The position numbers and the translations under genes are program-made. From the sequence record MK327934.1: a DNA stretch of 64,000 nt; one strand, written 5' to 3'. The notes below the pieces were generated by a model. It was given only the letters and a program-made list of their open reading frames with translations, ran no database searches and was not told where the DNA came from. Origin of the DNA: Escherichia phage vB_EcoM_G2469. This document shows, piece after piece, positions 20,785 through 29,362 of the stretch. The stretch's first letter is position 1. Every line of letters begins with the position of its first letter.

Positions 20785-22277
20785 TATAAACCTGTCTGGG
20801 ACCACGGTCCAAATACGTCTTCAAACGAATCCGCTTCTGTTTTATCAAAACGGAACCCTTTAATAATTGGGAGGAAAATACCCACAGTACCTTCACGGCC
20901 TTTAGAATGAACCCAACCATTACATTCACAATCAGCGATACGTCCAATTAATTTACCTTCACGAGCTTCAGCCATTAATCGTTCACGGTCTAAATCATGA
21001 CGCTCGTCTAAAGGAATAAGAACCTTTACACCGTCAACTGTTTTATGAGTTGTATCTTTAAAACCTGAACCACAATCGGTTGTAATACGACGACAACGTG
21101 ATACGAGTTCGACACCACCTAATTTGTTAGGGTCTTTAGAGTGTTCATAGTATCCTACAACTTCTAAAGCGATATCAATAACTTCTTTAAATTTAATTAG
21201 ATTCTTAGAGCGTTTGTTTTCCCAATATGAATCACGGTTTTTAAGGATAATACCTTCAAGACCTTGGTCAACATATTTTTTATAAACCACTTTAGCTTCG
21301 TCAAGATTACGAACTAACTGATTTTCAATTGGCTCAATTCGCTTAAAGCCTTCAGCCATATTTTCAAGAGCAGCAAAACGAACATCGTATTTCTGACCTT
21401 TAATTTTGCCATCAGAATAGACTTCATCTAAAGGAACATAGTCCCAGGCTTGAAGAACCATACCTTCCGCTTCTTTAGGAGAAATAGTCCCTTGAAGAGA
21501 TTTATTTGCTAAACCATTTGAAGTGCTACGGTCTGCAACTTGTACTTCTTCGGATTCTTCATTACCACCAAATAAGAACGACAGGTCATTTCCTGAGCTC
21601 ACAGCCTTTTTAATATCGAATGAATGATAAACTAATTCACCGTCGATTAAAACCCCATTAGGGTGTCTTTCACGAGCTTCTTTAGTCATTTCCATTAGTT
21701 CATCTGCTAATAGGGTAAGACCATGGTATTCATTACCAGCACGAGAAAAGAATTGAACACCATCATCGCGAACTTCAGCGAAACAACGAGCACCATCGGC
21801 TTTTAATTGAGCAAATGCAGGCCATTTAATATTTTTAGTAATCAATTTCTCATCATATGCAGATGCTAACATCTGTGGTTGCAATTGAATAAGTCCAGGC
21901 CACACCTTATTCGCGATAGACACTGAAGCACCTACTTCAAGGTCGCGCATCATTACACGACGAAGGACTTCTACATCATCAGGTTTACCGTCAGCGATAT
22001 AACCCATGAGCTCTTTAATTGCAGCATTACCAGTGAGTTTACGAGTGGCTAATGTGAACTCAATAAAATCCAACATGTCATCTAATTCAAGAAGACCATA
22101 CGCTTGAGACCTTTCACCCGGTCCTGGCCATTTCTTAATATAATACTGGATGCCACGTGCATATGTTAAACGATACACACGTTCAAGTAATTTGTTGTCC
22201 TTATTTTTCTTAAGGATTTCCTGTTTTGTTTTAGTAGAACCGATCGCAGCTATTTGGTTTAAAATATCTAAAATCAT
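20784..22277 (-). CDS. 30: ATP-dependent DNA ligase gp30
   Basis: 497 aa; N-terminus MILDILNQIAAIGSTKTKQEILKKNKDNKLLERVYRLTY and adenylation Lys motif (AQLKADGARCF) as in T4 DNA ligase. Confidence 0.93.
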   Translation of the reverse strand: MILDILNQIAAIGSTKTKQEILKKNKDNKLLERVYRLTYARGIQYYIKKWPGPGERSQAYGLLELDDMLDFIEFTLATRKLTGNAAIKELMGYIADGKPDDVEVLRRVMMRDLEVGASVSIANKVWPGLIQLQPQMLASAYDEKLITKNIKWPAFAQLKADGARCFAEVRDDGVQFFSRAGNEYHGLTLLADELMEMTKEARERHPNGVLIDGELVYHSFDIKKAVSSGNDLSFLFGGNEESEEVQVADRSTSNGLANKSLQGTISPKEAEGMVLQAWDYVPLDEVYSDGKIKGQKYDVRFAALENMAEGFKRIEPIENQLVRNLDEAKVVYKKYVDQGLEGIILKNRDSYWENKRSKNLIKFKEVIDIALEVVGYYEHSKDPNKLGGVELVSRCRRITTDCGSGFKDTTHKTVDGVKVLIPLDERHDLDRERLMAEAREGKLIGRIADCECNGWVHSKGREGTVGIFLPIIKGFRFDKTEADSFEDVFGPWSQTGL

Positions 22278-22543
22278 TTGATGTCCTCGATTTTGGTTAC
22301 GGTTCTATTATAAGCCACTTCATCTAGAAGCGATTTCAGCGTTTTCTGATAAGTGGTAATCCATTTACCGAGACCTTCAACATAGTATTCTGAAATGTAG
22401 ATGAACCCTTGTTCAACACACTCTTTAAATATTTCTGCGTCTTTTACTGAACGAAACAACGGCCAGTCTCGAAAGAACATGTTAACGTGACCGTAGTCAC
22501 GCGTTGTGTTTTTGCCATCTGTAATATCATGAACTACAAACAT
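22274..22543 (-). CDS. hypothetical protein (T4 30.1-like)
   Basis: 89-aa ORF, overlap with ligase start. Confidence 0.5.
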   Translation of the reverse strand: MFVVHDITDGKNTTRDYGHVNMFFRDWPLFRSVKDAEIFKECVEQGFIYISEYYVEGLGKWITTYQKTLKSLLDEVAYNRTVTKIEDIK

Positions 22544-22552
22544 AATTAACCC

Positions 22553-23368
22553 TTAACAATTTATAGACCAAGTCCATTTGGACGAATCTAAAGGAAAGTT
22601 TTGAATCGTCCACCATGGCTGCATATCGGTTGGTCCTGGAGTTCGCCAGGTATACGGATTCGACGGAGCGCCGATTTGATTAGGCCATGCGCCTGGACTT
22701 GTTGCACCAGATTCTTTAAGCAAATCCGCCAATCGTTTTAAAAGGTCTTCACGATCTGAATCTGAATTATGCTCAGGTGGAACCAAACGAGATTCAATAT
22801 CATCCCACGTGTGTACACGTTGTGCAGTACGAGGAATGGCATCACGTTCACCACGAGCCAACCAATAAATCGGTACATTAAGAATTTCTGCTGCATGGTC
22901 ACAGTGATGAGCTAAATCGTCAACGTAACAAATCACGTTATATTTTGTTTTAGCTAGTTCAAATAATTGTTCCTTTGAAGAAACATGACCACACATCATT
23001 ACTTCAGAGAAAGCGCCTGGGAACAAAGCATTCAAATTAAATTGTCTATTCAATCGAGCATCAATTGAATCACCTAGCGCCGTCACGGCTACAAAATTAT
23101 AGTCTTCTTTTAGTTTATTGATAACTCTAAGAGCATCCGAATAAGGCGCTAAGTAACGAATAAAATCAGAGCGATTATATTTTTCTATTAATTGTTTACC
23201 GAGGTTATCGTCGGTATTGAATAGTTTACCAGGAGAAATAAATTTTTCATCCTGAATCATTTTTAAAATATGTTCTAATGGAAGATTATATTTTTGGGCA
23301 AAATAAGGAAGTCCAGATTGCCAGCTTAAACATACACCATCAATATCAGTCAAAATAGTAGGCTTCAT
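22553..23368 (-). CDS. HAD-superfamily hydrolase-like protein (T4 30.2-like)
   Basis: 271 aa; N-terminal DIDGV motif I and YVDD motif IV; Trp/Pro-rich C-terminal tail. Confidence 0.6.
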   Translation of the reverse strand: MKPTILTDIDGVCLSWQSGLPYFAQKYNLPLEHILKMIQDEKFISPGKLFNTDDNLGKQLIEKYNRSDFIRYLAPYSDALRVINKLKEDYNFVAVTALGDSIDARLNRQFNLNALFPGAFSEVMMCGHVSSKEQLFELAKTKYNVICYVDDLAHHCDHAAEILNVPIYWLARGERDAIPRTAQRVHTWDDIESRLVPPEHNSDSDREDLLKRLADLLKESGATSPGAWPNQIGAPSNPYTWRTPGPTDMQPWWTIQNFPLDSSKWTWSINC

Positions 23369-23832
23369 AAAGAGTCTCTTAATAGGTTTAACACATCAAT
23401 AAATTCAGCTTCGGTTAGTATTGTATCATCTTTTGTTAGGTGGCTAGCCATGCTGTGCTTCAAAATTTTTCCTTTAGAGGCTTGTAAGGCATCACGAAAC
23501 CCCTTGTTTTGGATCGCGGCTTCAAAATATGCATTTGTGTATAATTCTTTCCACGCTTCGGAGTATCTTGAAAATGGAACTCCTAGCCAGAAGAGAGTCC
23601 CACGGTCCTGAGCTCTTGCATAAGACCTTCCAGCTTGCTGTGCAGCCAATCCAGACAACCCAAATATACGTCTTTGTTGTTCAATATTTTTCACCTTACA
23701 TCCTTGGAGAAATCCTTCAAGACCTCCGAATTGAATACCATCCATAACAAAAGGCCATTGAGCAAAGTTACTTAATGCACATGACGGCCATTTGAAATTA
23801 CTTCTTATTTCTAATTCAGACATCTTTAACAC
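23365..23832 (-). CDS. NADAR (YbiA/DUF1768)-like domain protein (T4 30.3-like)
   Basis: 155 aa; SNFAQWPF..DG....E.F.Q..K pattern resembling the NADAR signature. Confidence 0.5.
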   Translation of the reverse strand: MLKMSELEIRSNFKWPSCALSNFAQWPFVMDGIQFGGLEGFLQGCKVKNIEQQRRIFGLSGLAAQQAGRSYARAQDRGTLFWLGVPFSRYSEAWKELYTNAYFEAAIQNKGFRDALQASKGKILKHSMASHLTKDDTILTEAEFIDVLNLLRDSL

Positions 23833-24034
23833 TTATAATTTCAACATCAGCCCAATGTCCGTATCCAGGTATACGGTCTTCGATAGATAAATTTCTGTCA
23901 TTTTTAGGCATTTTAATTGACGTAACGTATGGTTCTAAACGGTTTTCCGCGTAATATGGAAAAACGTCGGTTACACGATAAGTAACTTCAATCATTTCCG
24001 TACCAAACAATTTCTGGATTAATTTATTCAACAT
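23816..24034 (-). CDS. hypothetical protein
   Basis: 72-aa ORF. Confidence 0.4.
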   Translation of the reverse strand: MLNKLIQKLFGTEMIEVTYRVTDVFPYYAENRLEPYVTSIKMPKNDRNLSIEDRIPGYGHWADVEIISVKDV

Positions 24035-24221
24035 GTTTCAACCCTTTAATAGGAGATAACTCTTTACCCATACGTATGTCAGAAGTCCCATCAACCCATT
24101 GAACAGCATACGCTTCATTGATAATTCCAGCGGCAGTTTTAAATTCGTTGAGAACTTTAAAAATCATCCCAGGGATTCCAACACCTTTTAATTGGACTGT
24201 TTGTGCTATTAAAAATTTCAT
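24024..24221 (-). CDS. hypothetical protein
   Basis: 65-aa ORF. Confidence 0.4.
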   Translation of the reverse strand: MKFLIAQTVQLKGVGIPGMIFKVLNEFKTAAGIINEAYAVQWVDGTSDIRMGKELSPIKGLKHVE

Positions 24222-24278
24222 ATTTTTCCACTTACTAAAGAAATCATTATACTCTAATCCGTCCTTGGATGTACACTA

Positions 24279-24557
24279 CTTAATGAAATTAATTTCTACC
24301 GGATGAACAACAGGTTGAGCAGTGATATATTGAGTAATTGCTTTCATGACTAGAGCTTCAGAACCAGGATTTTTCTCAACGAATTCACGTGCTAGGTTAT
24401 GAGCTTCGAGTTCACTCAATAAACCGGAACGCTGGCATCCACGGTCTTGAGTACCCTGTTCAGATAAAAGGACTACTACATATTTTTCATCGTCGTAGGG
24501 CTTAGCCAGTTGAGCAAATGTTCCTTTACTTCCAAAAGGAGAGTTATGTCGCCACTT
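24279..24557 (-). other. ATG-less 93-codon open frame, possible frameshifted continuation of upstream gene or non-canonical start
   Basis: stop-free frame from TGA (about 24558) to TAG (24276-24278); only internal ATG gives 23 aa; overlaps 3' end of 24544-24891 in a different frame. Confidence 0.3.
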
Positions 24558-24891
24558 TCACGCCGTGAGGAGTTTCAACCTTCGTATATTCGTGCGGTCC
24601 ATTTTTCTTAGTTTCTTGATGTGGAACTTCATAGACCTTAGGGTTAGGACATTCAATAAAATGCTCATCTAAATCGGTCGAGAATATTAAAGTAAAACAA
24701 TTACTGAATTTACCAACACCGGCCTGATAAATTTTACCTTCAGAAGTTCTAATTTCACAAACCGAGCCGGCATCAGTAACTTCTAAAACTTCAAAAGGCT
24801 CGATAAGGTCATATGAGAACATGTTTTTAAGGCGTGGAGTAATATCCCCATTTTTAAAATTCATTTTATAAAAAGTATTAACTTTAAACAT
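24544..24891 (-). CDS. hypothetical protein (115 aa)
   Basis: ORF from ATG (MFKVNTFYK...) preceded by GAGGAA RBS. Confidence 0.5.
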   Translation of the reverse strand: MFKVNTFYKMNFKNGDITPRLKNMFSYDLIEPFEVLEVTDAGSVCEIRTSEGKIYQAGVGKFSNCFTLIFSTDLDEHFIECPNPKVYEVPHQETKKNGPHEYTKVETPHGVKVAT

Positions 24892-24926
24892 AATTTCCTC
24901 AATGGGAGCCGAAGCTCCCAATTAAT

Positions 24927-25292
24927 TTAGATATCAAATTCGTTAAGAACTACATCAAAGATTGCTTCGAGATGTTCAGGTTTAGCTCGGTTGCTCAGGA
25001 TATGACGAATCCAAGTTTTAACCAGAAGTTTACGATTAACACCATTCCAGCAAGGATGAGTACCTAAATCACGCTGACGGAAATCATCATCTAATGCAAT
25101 TTTAAAATTTGAACCTTCCATCGTGATTGAAACCGTGATACCATTTTCAAATCGCATATAAACGTAATTAGGAGTCATGCACTGTTCGATTTCACAAACT
25201 GTACCGTTTTCGTGTTTCCATAAGCAAATAACTTCAGAAGAACCAGCAATACCATTAGAAACATATTTACGTTCGAAGTTGGTGTAGTTCAT
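24927..25292 (-). CDS. hypothetical protein (121 aa)
   Basis: ORF with upstream early promoter. Confidence 0.5.
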   Translation of the reverse strand: MNYTNFERKYVSNGIAGSSEVICLWKHENGTVCEIEQCMTPNYVYMRFENGITVSITMEGSNFKIALDDDFRQRDLGTHPCWNGVNRKLLVKTWIRHILSNRAKPEHLEAIFDVVLNEFDI

Positions 25293-25331
25293 TTTATTCT
25301 CCAGATGTTTAAGTTGTTTGTTGGTACAGGT

Positions 25332-25362
25332 CTATAATAACATAACCTGTACCAAAGTAAAC
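25332..25362 (-). promoter_or_regulatory. early-type promoter with 9-bp inverted repeat bracketing the -10
   Basis: TGGTACAGG-tctataataacataa-CCTGTACCA then GTAAAC. Confidence 0.45.
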
Positions 25363-25366
25363 TGTT

Positions 25367-25735
25367 TTATGCAACTTTAATCCAATTGTCTAAATTTAAA
25401 ACACCTTTGGCTTTCATTTTTTCGATCAGGTTATCTGCTGTAATGCGTCCATTTTGATACCATGTAACATCTTCAGAGTAACCAGTTTCTTCGTCAACAT
25501 ATGTTTCTGAACGAATTTTACCGGTAATAATAGTTTTTAATTCATATGTGTCACCTGTGAAAAAGTTTGCTAACACAATTTTCCAAGAGAAATCATCTGA
25601 AGGACCTTCAGGGGTCATACAACCTACGAACTCAAATTGCTCTTTGTATAACATCCACTGGAATTCTTTAATTTCGATAGCTTTATAACCGTCGTGGTCT
25701 TTACATTTGATGTATGAGTTCAGATTGATTTTCAT
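25367..25735 (-). CDS. hypothetical protein (122 aa)
   Basis: ORF with upstream early promoter. Confidence 0.5.
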   Translation of the reverse strand: MKINLNSYIKCKDHDGYKAIEIKEFQWMLYKEQFEFVGCMTPEGPSDDFSWKIVLANFFTGDTYELKTIITGKIRSETYVDEETGYSEDVTWYQNGRITADNLIEKMKAKGVLNLDNWIKVA

Positions 25736-25775
25736 TTTGTTCTCCGGTTTGTTTTATCGATTAGGTGGTACAAGT

Positions 25776-25806
25776 CTATAGTAACACATCCTACAGGAGA
25801 GTAAAC
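25776..25806 (-). promoter_or_regulatory. early-type promoter
   Basis: CTATAGTA ... GTAAAC motif. Confidence 0.45.
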
Positions 25807-25835
25807 ATCTTTTTTTAAACTTTTTCTGCCCTAAA

Positions 25836-25853
25836 CGCACAAAAGGGAGACCG
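25836..25853 (-). terminator. terminator hairpin
   Basis: GGGAGAC-CGAA-GTCTCCC followed by UUUUG on minus strand. Confidence 0.55.
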
Positions 25854-25867
25854 AAGTCTCCCTAAAA

Positions 25868-26047
25868 TTATGCAACAACCTTTCCAAAACGAGAAGCATC
25901 ATCTCGAAGAACTGCACGTGCTCTGCGCATGATCTTCTCAACTGTTTGATTAATACGAGAGTTCGACCCACGCTTGTATCCAGCGCGTTTAGAGGTACCA
26001 TCAACTTTCTTTTCAACTGCTTTCTTTGCTTTAGCTTGTTTTGCCAT
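25868..26047 (-). CDS. small lysine-rich basic protein (59 aa)
   Basis: hand-translated MAKQAKAKKAVEKKVDGTSKRAGYKRGSNSRINQTVEKIMRRARAVLRDDASRFGKVVA; preferred over overlapping TTG-initiated track ORF 25831-26016. Confidence 0.5.
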   Translation of the reverse strand: MAKQAKAKKAVEKKVDGTSKRAGYKRGSNSRINQTVEKIMRRARAVLRDDASRFGKVVA

Positions 26048-26310
26048 TATAAATTCTCTTTAAATGAAAATGCAGGACTTATTGACATTGCCTGCGCAAG
26101 CCCTCAAGGGGAACATAGGTTTTGGATATTTAACGACAGGATAACCATAAACCCGTCATCATACCAACCACGACTTAGACAGATAACCTTTTTCTGACGC
26201 GTGATAGTACAAAATACATTCAAGAGGTACACCGTAAAACTGCCGGGGACTTAAAACTATAATGATTCGCAAATCATTAATCAGACAGTTCGACGGCTCC
26301 TCGATTTAAC

Positions 26311-26559
26311 TTACTTTAGGGTAATAACAAAATGACGTACTGCTTTACGAGCTGCAGAAGCCAAAGGCTTAGCATATTTCAGTTCATCTTTTGCTTCCAG
26401 TTCAGAGGCCAAAGCTGCCTGGACCGGGTTCAGATGTTTGAAATATCGCAGGATTTCAAGAGCTTCGGCTTCAACATCGATAGATGCGCCATAGTTTTCG
26501 TGACCATTATTCCATGCGTTACGTTGCAGTTCAAGAGCGTGTTGTAATTGTTTAATCAT
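26311..26559 (-). CDS. rIII: rIII lysis-inhibition accessory protein
   Basis: 82 aa, same length as T4 rIII, position adjacent to gene 31. Confidence 0.7.
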   Translation of the reverse strand: MIKQLQHALELQRNAWNNGHENYGASIDVEAEALEILRYFKHLNPVQAALASELEAKDELKYAKPLASAARKAVRHFVITLK

Positions 26560-26683
26560 TTTAAATTCTCAATTCGAGATAATATTTAGTAGCCACGTTC
26601 GTCTGAATTTCACCTTCTTTCGACAAGTCTCTCAGTTGTAGGCTACCGCTTAGAAGAGTGTTCTCTTCATATAGTTATTTATA

Positions 26684-27016
26684 TCACTTATAAAGACACG
26701 GAATAGCTTTATAATGGCATGTTACGAATTTCTGTTTAATTTCTTTAGGTTGTTTAAGTCCCAAAGCCACAAATGGATGTGGAACATTTCGAATTTGTCC
26801 AACTGGTAGTGGAGTCAAATCACCGACTTCAACAAAACCTTCAGGAACATCAGGACCTACAGAATGAACTACACATAGTTCAGGAACTTCACCTTGAACA
26901 CGTTTACCAATCACAAGTCCTGATTCGGTAACTTCTTCATCACCTGCTTGAGCGGGTTCAGAAACCAGAATGACATATTCACCAACAGCACGAATTGGGA
27001 GTTGTACTTCAGACAT
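26684..27016 (-). CDS. 31: gp31 co-chaperonin (GroES analogue)
   Basis: 110 aa, size and position as T4 gp31. Confidence 0.85.
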   Translation of the reverse strand: MSEVQLPIRAVGEYVILVSEPAQAGDEEVTESGLVIGKRVQGEVPELCVVHSVGPDVPEGFVEVGDLTPLPVGQIRNVPHPFVALGLKQPKEIKQKFVTCHYKAIPCLYK

Positions 27017-27073
27017 CTTATTTCCTTGTTGTTTGACGATAGATTAATAATACCATACTATTCGTAAAGCATA

Positions 27074-27382
27074 TTACATAAGAAGCAAACGTTCTACCGG
27101 AGTACCATCAACCGAAATTACTTTATCAAGGCGGAAAGAACGCCACTGACCTAACTTGGTATCGAATGCTCGAACTGATTCACGAGGTTCAGAACGAACT
27201 TCTGTTGCCGGATTGTTATTTTCATATTTGACTTCAAGTTCATCGCGAGAAGCAAACATAGTGCGTACCTCACCGTTAGCCTTTTCAAATACAACACAAT
27301 GAACGCCTACAGACAGAATAGTTTTAATACGTTCACGAAGAACCATAGTTTCTTGTTCAGTTAAAATCATATTATTCACCAC
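27074..27382 (-). CDS. hypothetical protein (102 aa)
   Basis: ORF overlapping cd stop. Confidence 0.5.
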   Translation of the reverse strand: MVNNMILTEQETMVLRERIKTILSVGVHCVVFEKANGEVRTMFASRDELEVKYENNNPATEVRSEPRESVRAFDTKLGQWRSFRLDKVISVDGTPVERLLLM

Positions 27383-27953
27383 AAAAGTTTCGGATTTGTT
27401 CCCAATTCAGAGAACGAAGATTATTACGAGAGTACTGAATTACTTCAATGCCGGCTTGTTTTAGAATGTCTGCCCAATTTTCAGGAGATCTGTCATATAA
27501 TTCTGCGTATACAACCTTTTTAATACCTGACTGCGTAATAGCTTTAGTGCAATCAGGACATGGAGAAAGCGTCGTATACAACGTAGCACCTTCAATAGAA
27601 TTACCTTTACGAGCTGCAAACAAAATTGCATTCAATTCAGCATGGATTTCGTTATTAGCAGACCATGCACTATGAGCGGCCCGATGTTCTTTAGCCAAAA
27701 CAAAATTATCCACCCGTCCAAATGCTGTAGTGCCTTCTTTATGCCCAGCAACGATGACCGGGCTTGGTTTATTCTTCAACCAACCGTTTTCGGATGCATG
27801 TTCGCAACAGTTTGTACCACCTGAAGGAGAGCCATTATACCCTGTAGAAATAATGCGTCCATCTTTTTCAATGACGGCGCCAACTTTCCATGAACAACAT
27901 TTTGATTCTTGAGAAATCAGATAAGCAATCTGAAGATATGTGCTAGCTTTCAT
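27372..27953 (-). CDS. cd: dCMP deaminase
   Basis: 193 aa; zinc-binding HAELNA and PCPDC motifs. Confidence 0.9.
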   Translation of the reverse strand: MKASTYLQIAYLISQESKCCSWKVGAVIEKDGRIISTGYNGSPSGGTNCCEHASENGWLKNKPSPVIVAGHKEGTTAFGRVDNFVLAKEHRAAHSAWSANNEIHAELNAILFAARKGNSIEGATLYTTLSPCPDCTKAITQSGIKKVVYAELYDRSPENWADILKQAGIEVIQYSRNNLRSLNWEQIRNFCGE

Positions 27954-28945
27954 TATTGAACCTTATTAATATAAGTTAACAGCTCTTTAGTTTGTTCCCA
28001 ACTGATGCACGCATCGGTAATGGAAACGCCATAGGACATATTATCAGAAATTTTTTGATTTCCTTCATGTAGGAATGATTCTATCATAATTCCTTTGACC
28101 AAATCATTAGCTGCTAAATTTTTACCAATACCAATTTGATTGCTATAATGCCCAGCAGCGTTTGCATGGCTACAGTCAACCATTACATAATGATTCATAC
28201 CTACTGCACTTGCTTTGTTAGAAGCTTCTTGAATATCAGAAGAATGATAGTTCGGGCCGTTGGTCCCGCCACGCAATACGATATGCGTATTCTGATTACC
28301 TTCAGCTTCAACAATGCCTACAGTACCATCGACGTCCATACCCATATACCGATGAGGCCTGGCGGCACTATACATCGCGTCTGTAGCTACTTTAATAGAA
28401 CCATTGGTTGCGTTCTTGAAGCCTACGCACATCGGTAGACCTGAAGCAATTTCACGATGTGTCTGACTTTCAGTCGTACGGGCGCCAATAGCAACCCATG
28501 AGAAAATACCAGAAAGATACTTAATCGTGAATGGGTCTAATACTTCAGTTGCTAATGGAAGTCCCATACGTAGAAGTTTACGACACAATGTTCGTGCAAC
28601 TATAAGACCGTGGTTCATATCAAAACTTCCGTCAAGATATGGATCATTTACAAGACCTTTCCAACCTACGGTAGTTCGAGGCTTTTCAAAATAAACGCGC
28701 ATCACTAACAGAACATTAGGAAGACGAGTTTGAAGTTCAGCCAGACGTTTGCCGTATTCAACAGCAGCAATAGGGTCATGAATTGAACAAGGACCTACAA
28801 CAATAAGTTTGCGTGGGTCTTCACCGTTCATAATCGAATTAACTTGTTCGCGATGAGAAGCCACTTGTGATGCGTAAGCTTCCGACAAAGGAATAATCTC
28901 AGCCAGTTCTTTTGGAGAAATAAGTTTTCTGACGACAGGTAACAT
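27953..28945 (-). CDS. 3-deoxy-D-arabino-heptulosonate-7-phosphate (DAHP) synthase, class I (AroG/AroF/AroH-like)
   Basis: 330 aa; motifs GPCSIHD, KPRTTVGWKG, GARTTESQTHRE, DCSHANA, IESFLHEGNQ, SITDACI align with E. coli AroG. Confidence 0.85.
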   Translation of the reverse strand: MLPVVRKLISPKELAEIIPLSEAYASQVASHREQVNSIMNGEDPRKLIVVGPCSIHDPIAAVEYGKRLAELQTRLPNVLLVMRVYFEKPRTTVGWKGLVNDPYLDGSFDMNHGLIVARTLCRKLLRMGLPLATEVLDPFTIKYLSGIFSWVAIGARTTESQTHREIASGLPMCVGFKNATNGSIKVATDAMYSAARPHRYMGMDVDGTVGIVEAEGNQNTHIVLRGGTNGPNYHSSDIQEASNKASAVGMNHYVMVDCSHANAAGHYSNQIGIGKNLAANDLVKGIMIESFLHEGNQKISDNMSYGVSITDACISWEQTKELLTYINKVQ

Positions 28946-29065
28946 AACAATCCTTAGGAGATATAAACAGATTCTGATTCAACAATACCTTTAACCGGAT
29001 TAGACAGGCTAAGTTGGTAGTGCTCAGACTTATGACCATTCTCGATAGTAATGAGATAGCTCTCA

Positions 29066-29302
29066 TTATAGTGTTCCATATACTCGAGTTGCTTCAACAA
29101 GACCATCACTGCCTAATTTAAGATTAGTAATTTGGTCACCATCTTTAGGATTAACGATTATGAGAAAAGAACGTGGAGATTCTTGAATAACTCGTAATGT
29201 TGCATCTTGGAAACGTTCAGACACTTTATTGATGAGTGCTTGAGCAAATTCTTTTACTTTAATCTGAAATTCGTGTACTGTAATTGGGTTTTCACTTAGC
29301 AT
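29066..29302 (-). CDS. hypothetical protein (78 aa)
   Basis: ORF. Confidence 0.45.
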   Translation of the reverse strand: MLSENPITVHEFQIKVKEFAQALINKVSERFQDATLRVIQESPRSFLIIVNPKDGDQITNLKLGSDGLVEATRVYGTL

Positions 29303-29329
29303 TTCTATTTCCTCATTTGTTGGTAGAGT

Positions 29330-29360
29330 TATAGTATCACAACTCCACCATGTTGTAAAC
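29330..29360 (-). promoter_or_regulatory. early-type promoter
   Basis: TATAGTA ... GTAAAC. Confidence 0.45.
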
Positions 29361-29362
29361 CA

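Noticed and set aside
24927-25735. Two adjacent about 120-aa proteins as paralogues sharing a CMTP motif
   Set aside because: Similarity is limited to a four-residue match; insufficient without alignment statistics
25831-26016. 61-aa track ORF on the minus strand
   Set aside because: Starts with TTG and overlaps a better ATG-initiated Lys-rich ORF in another frame
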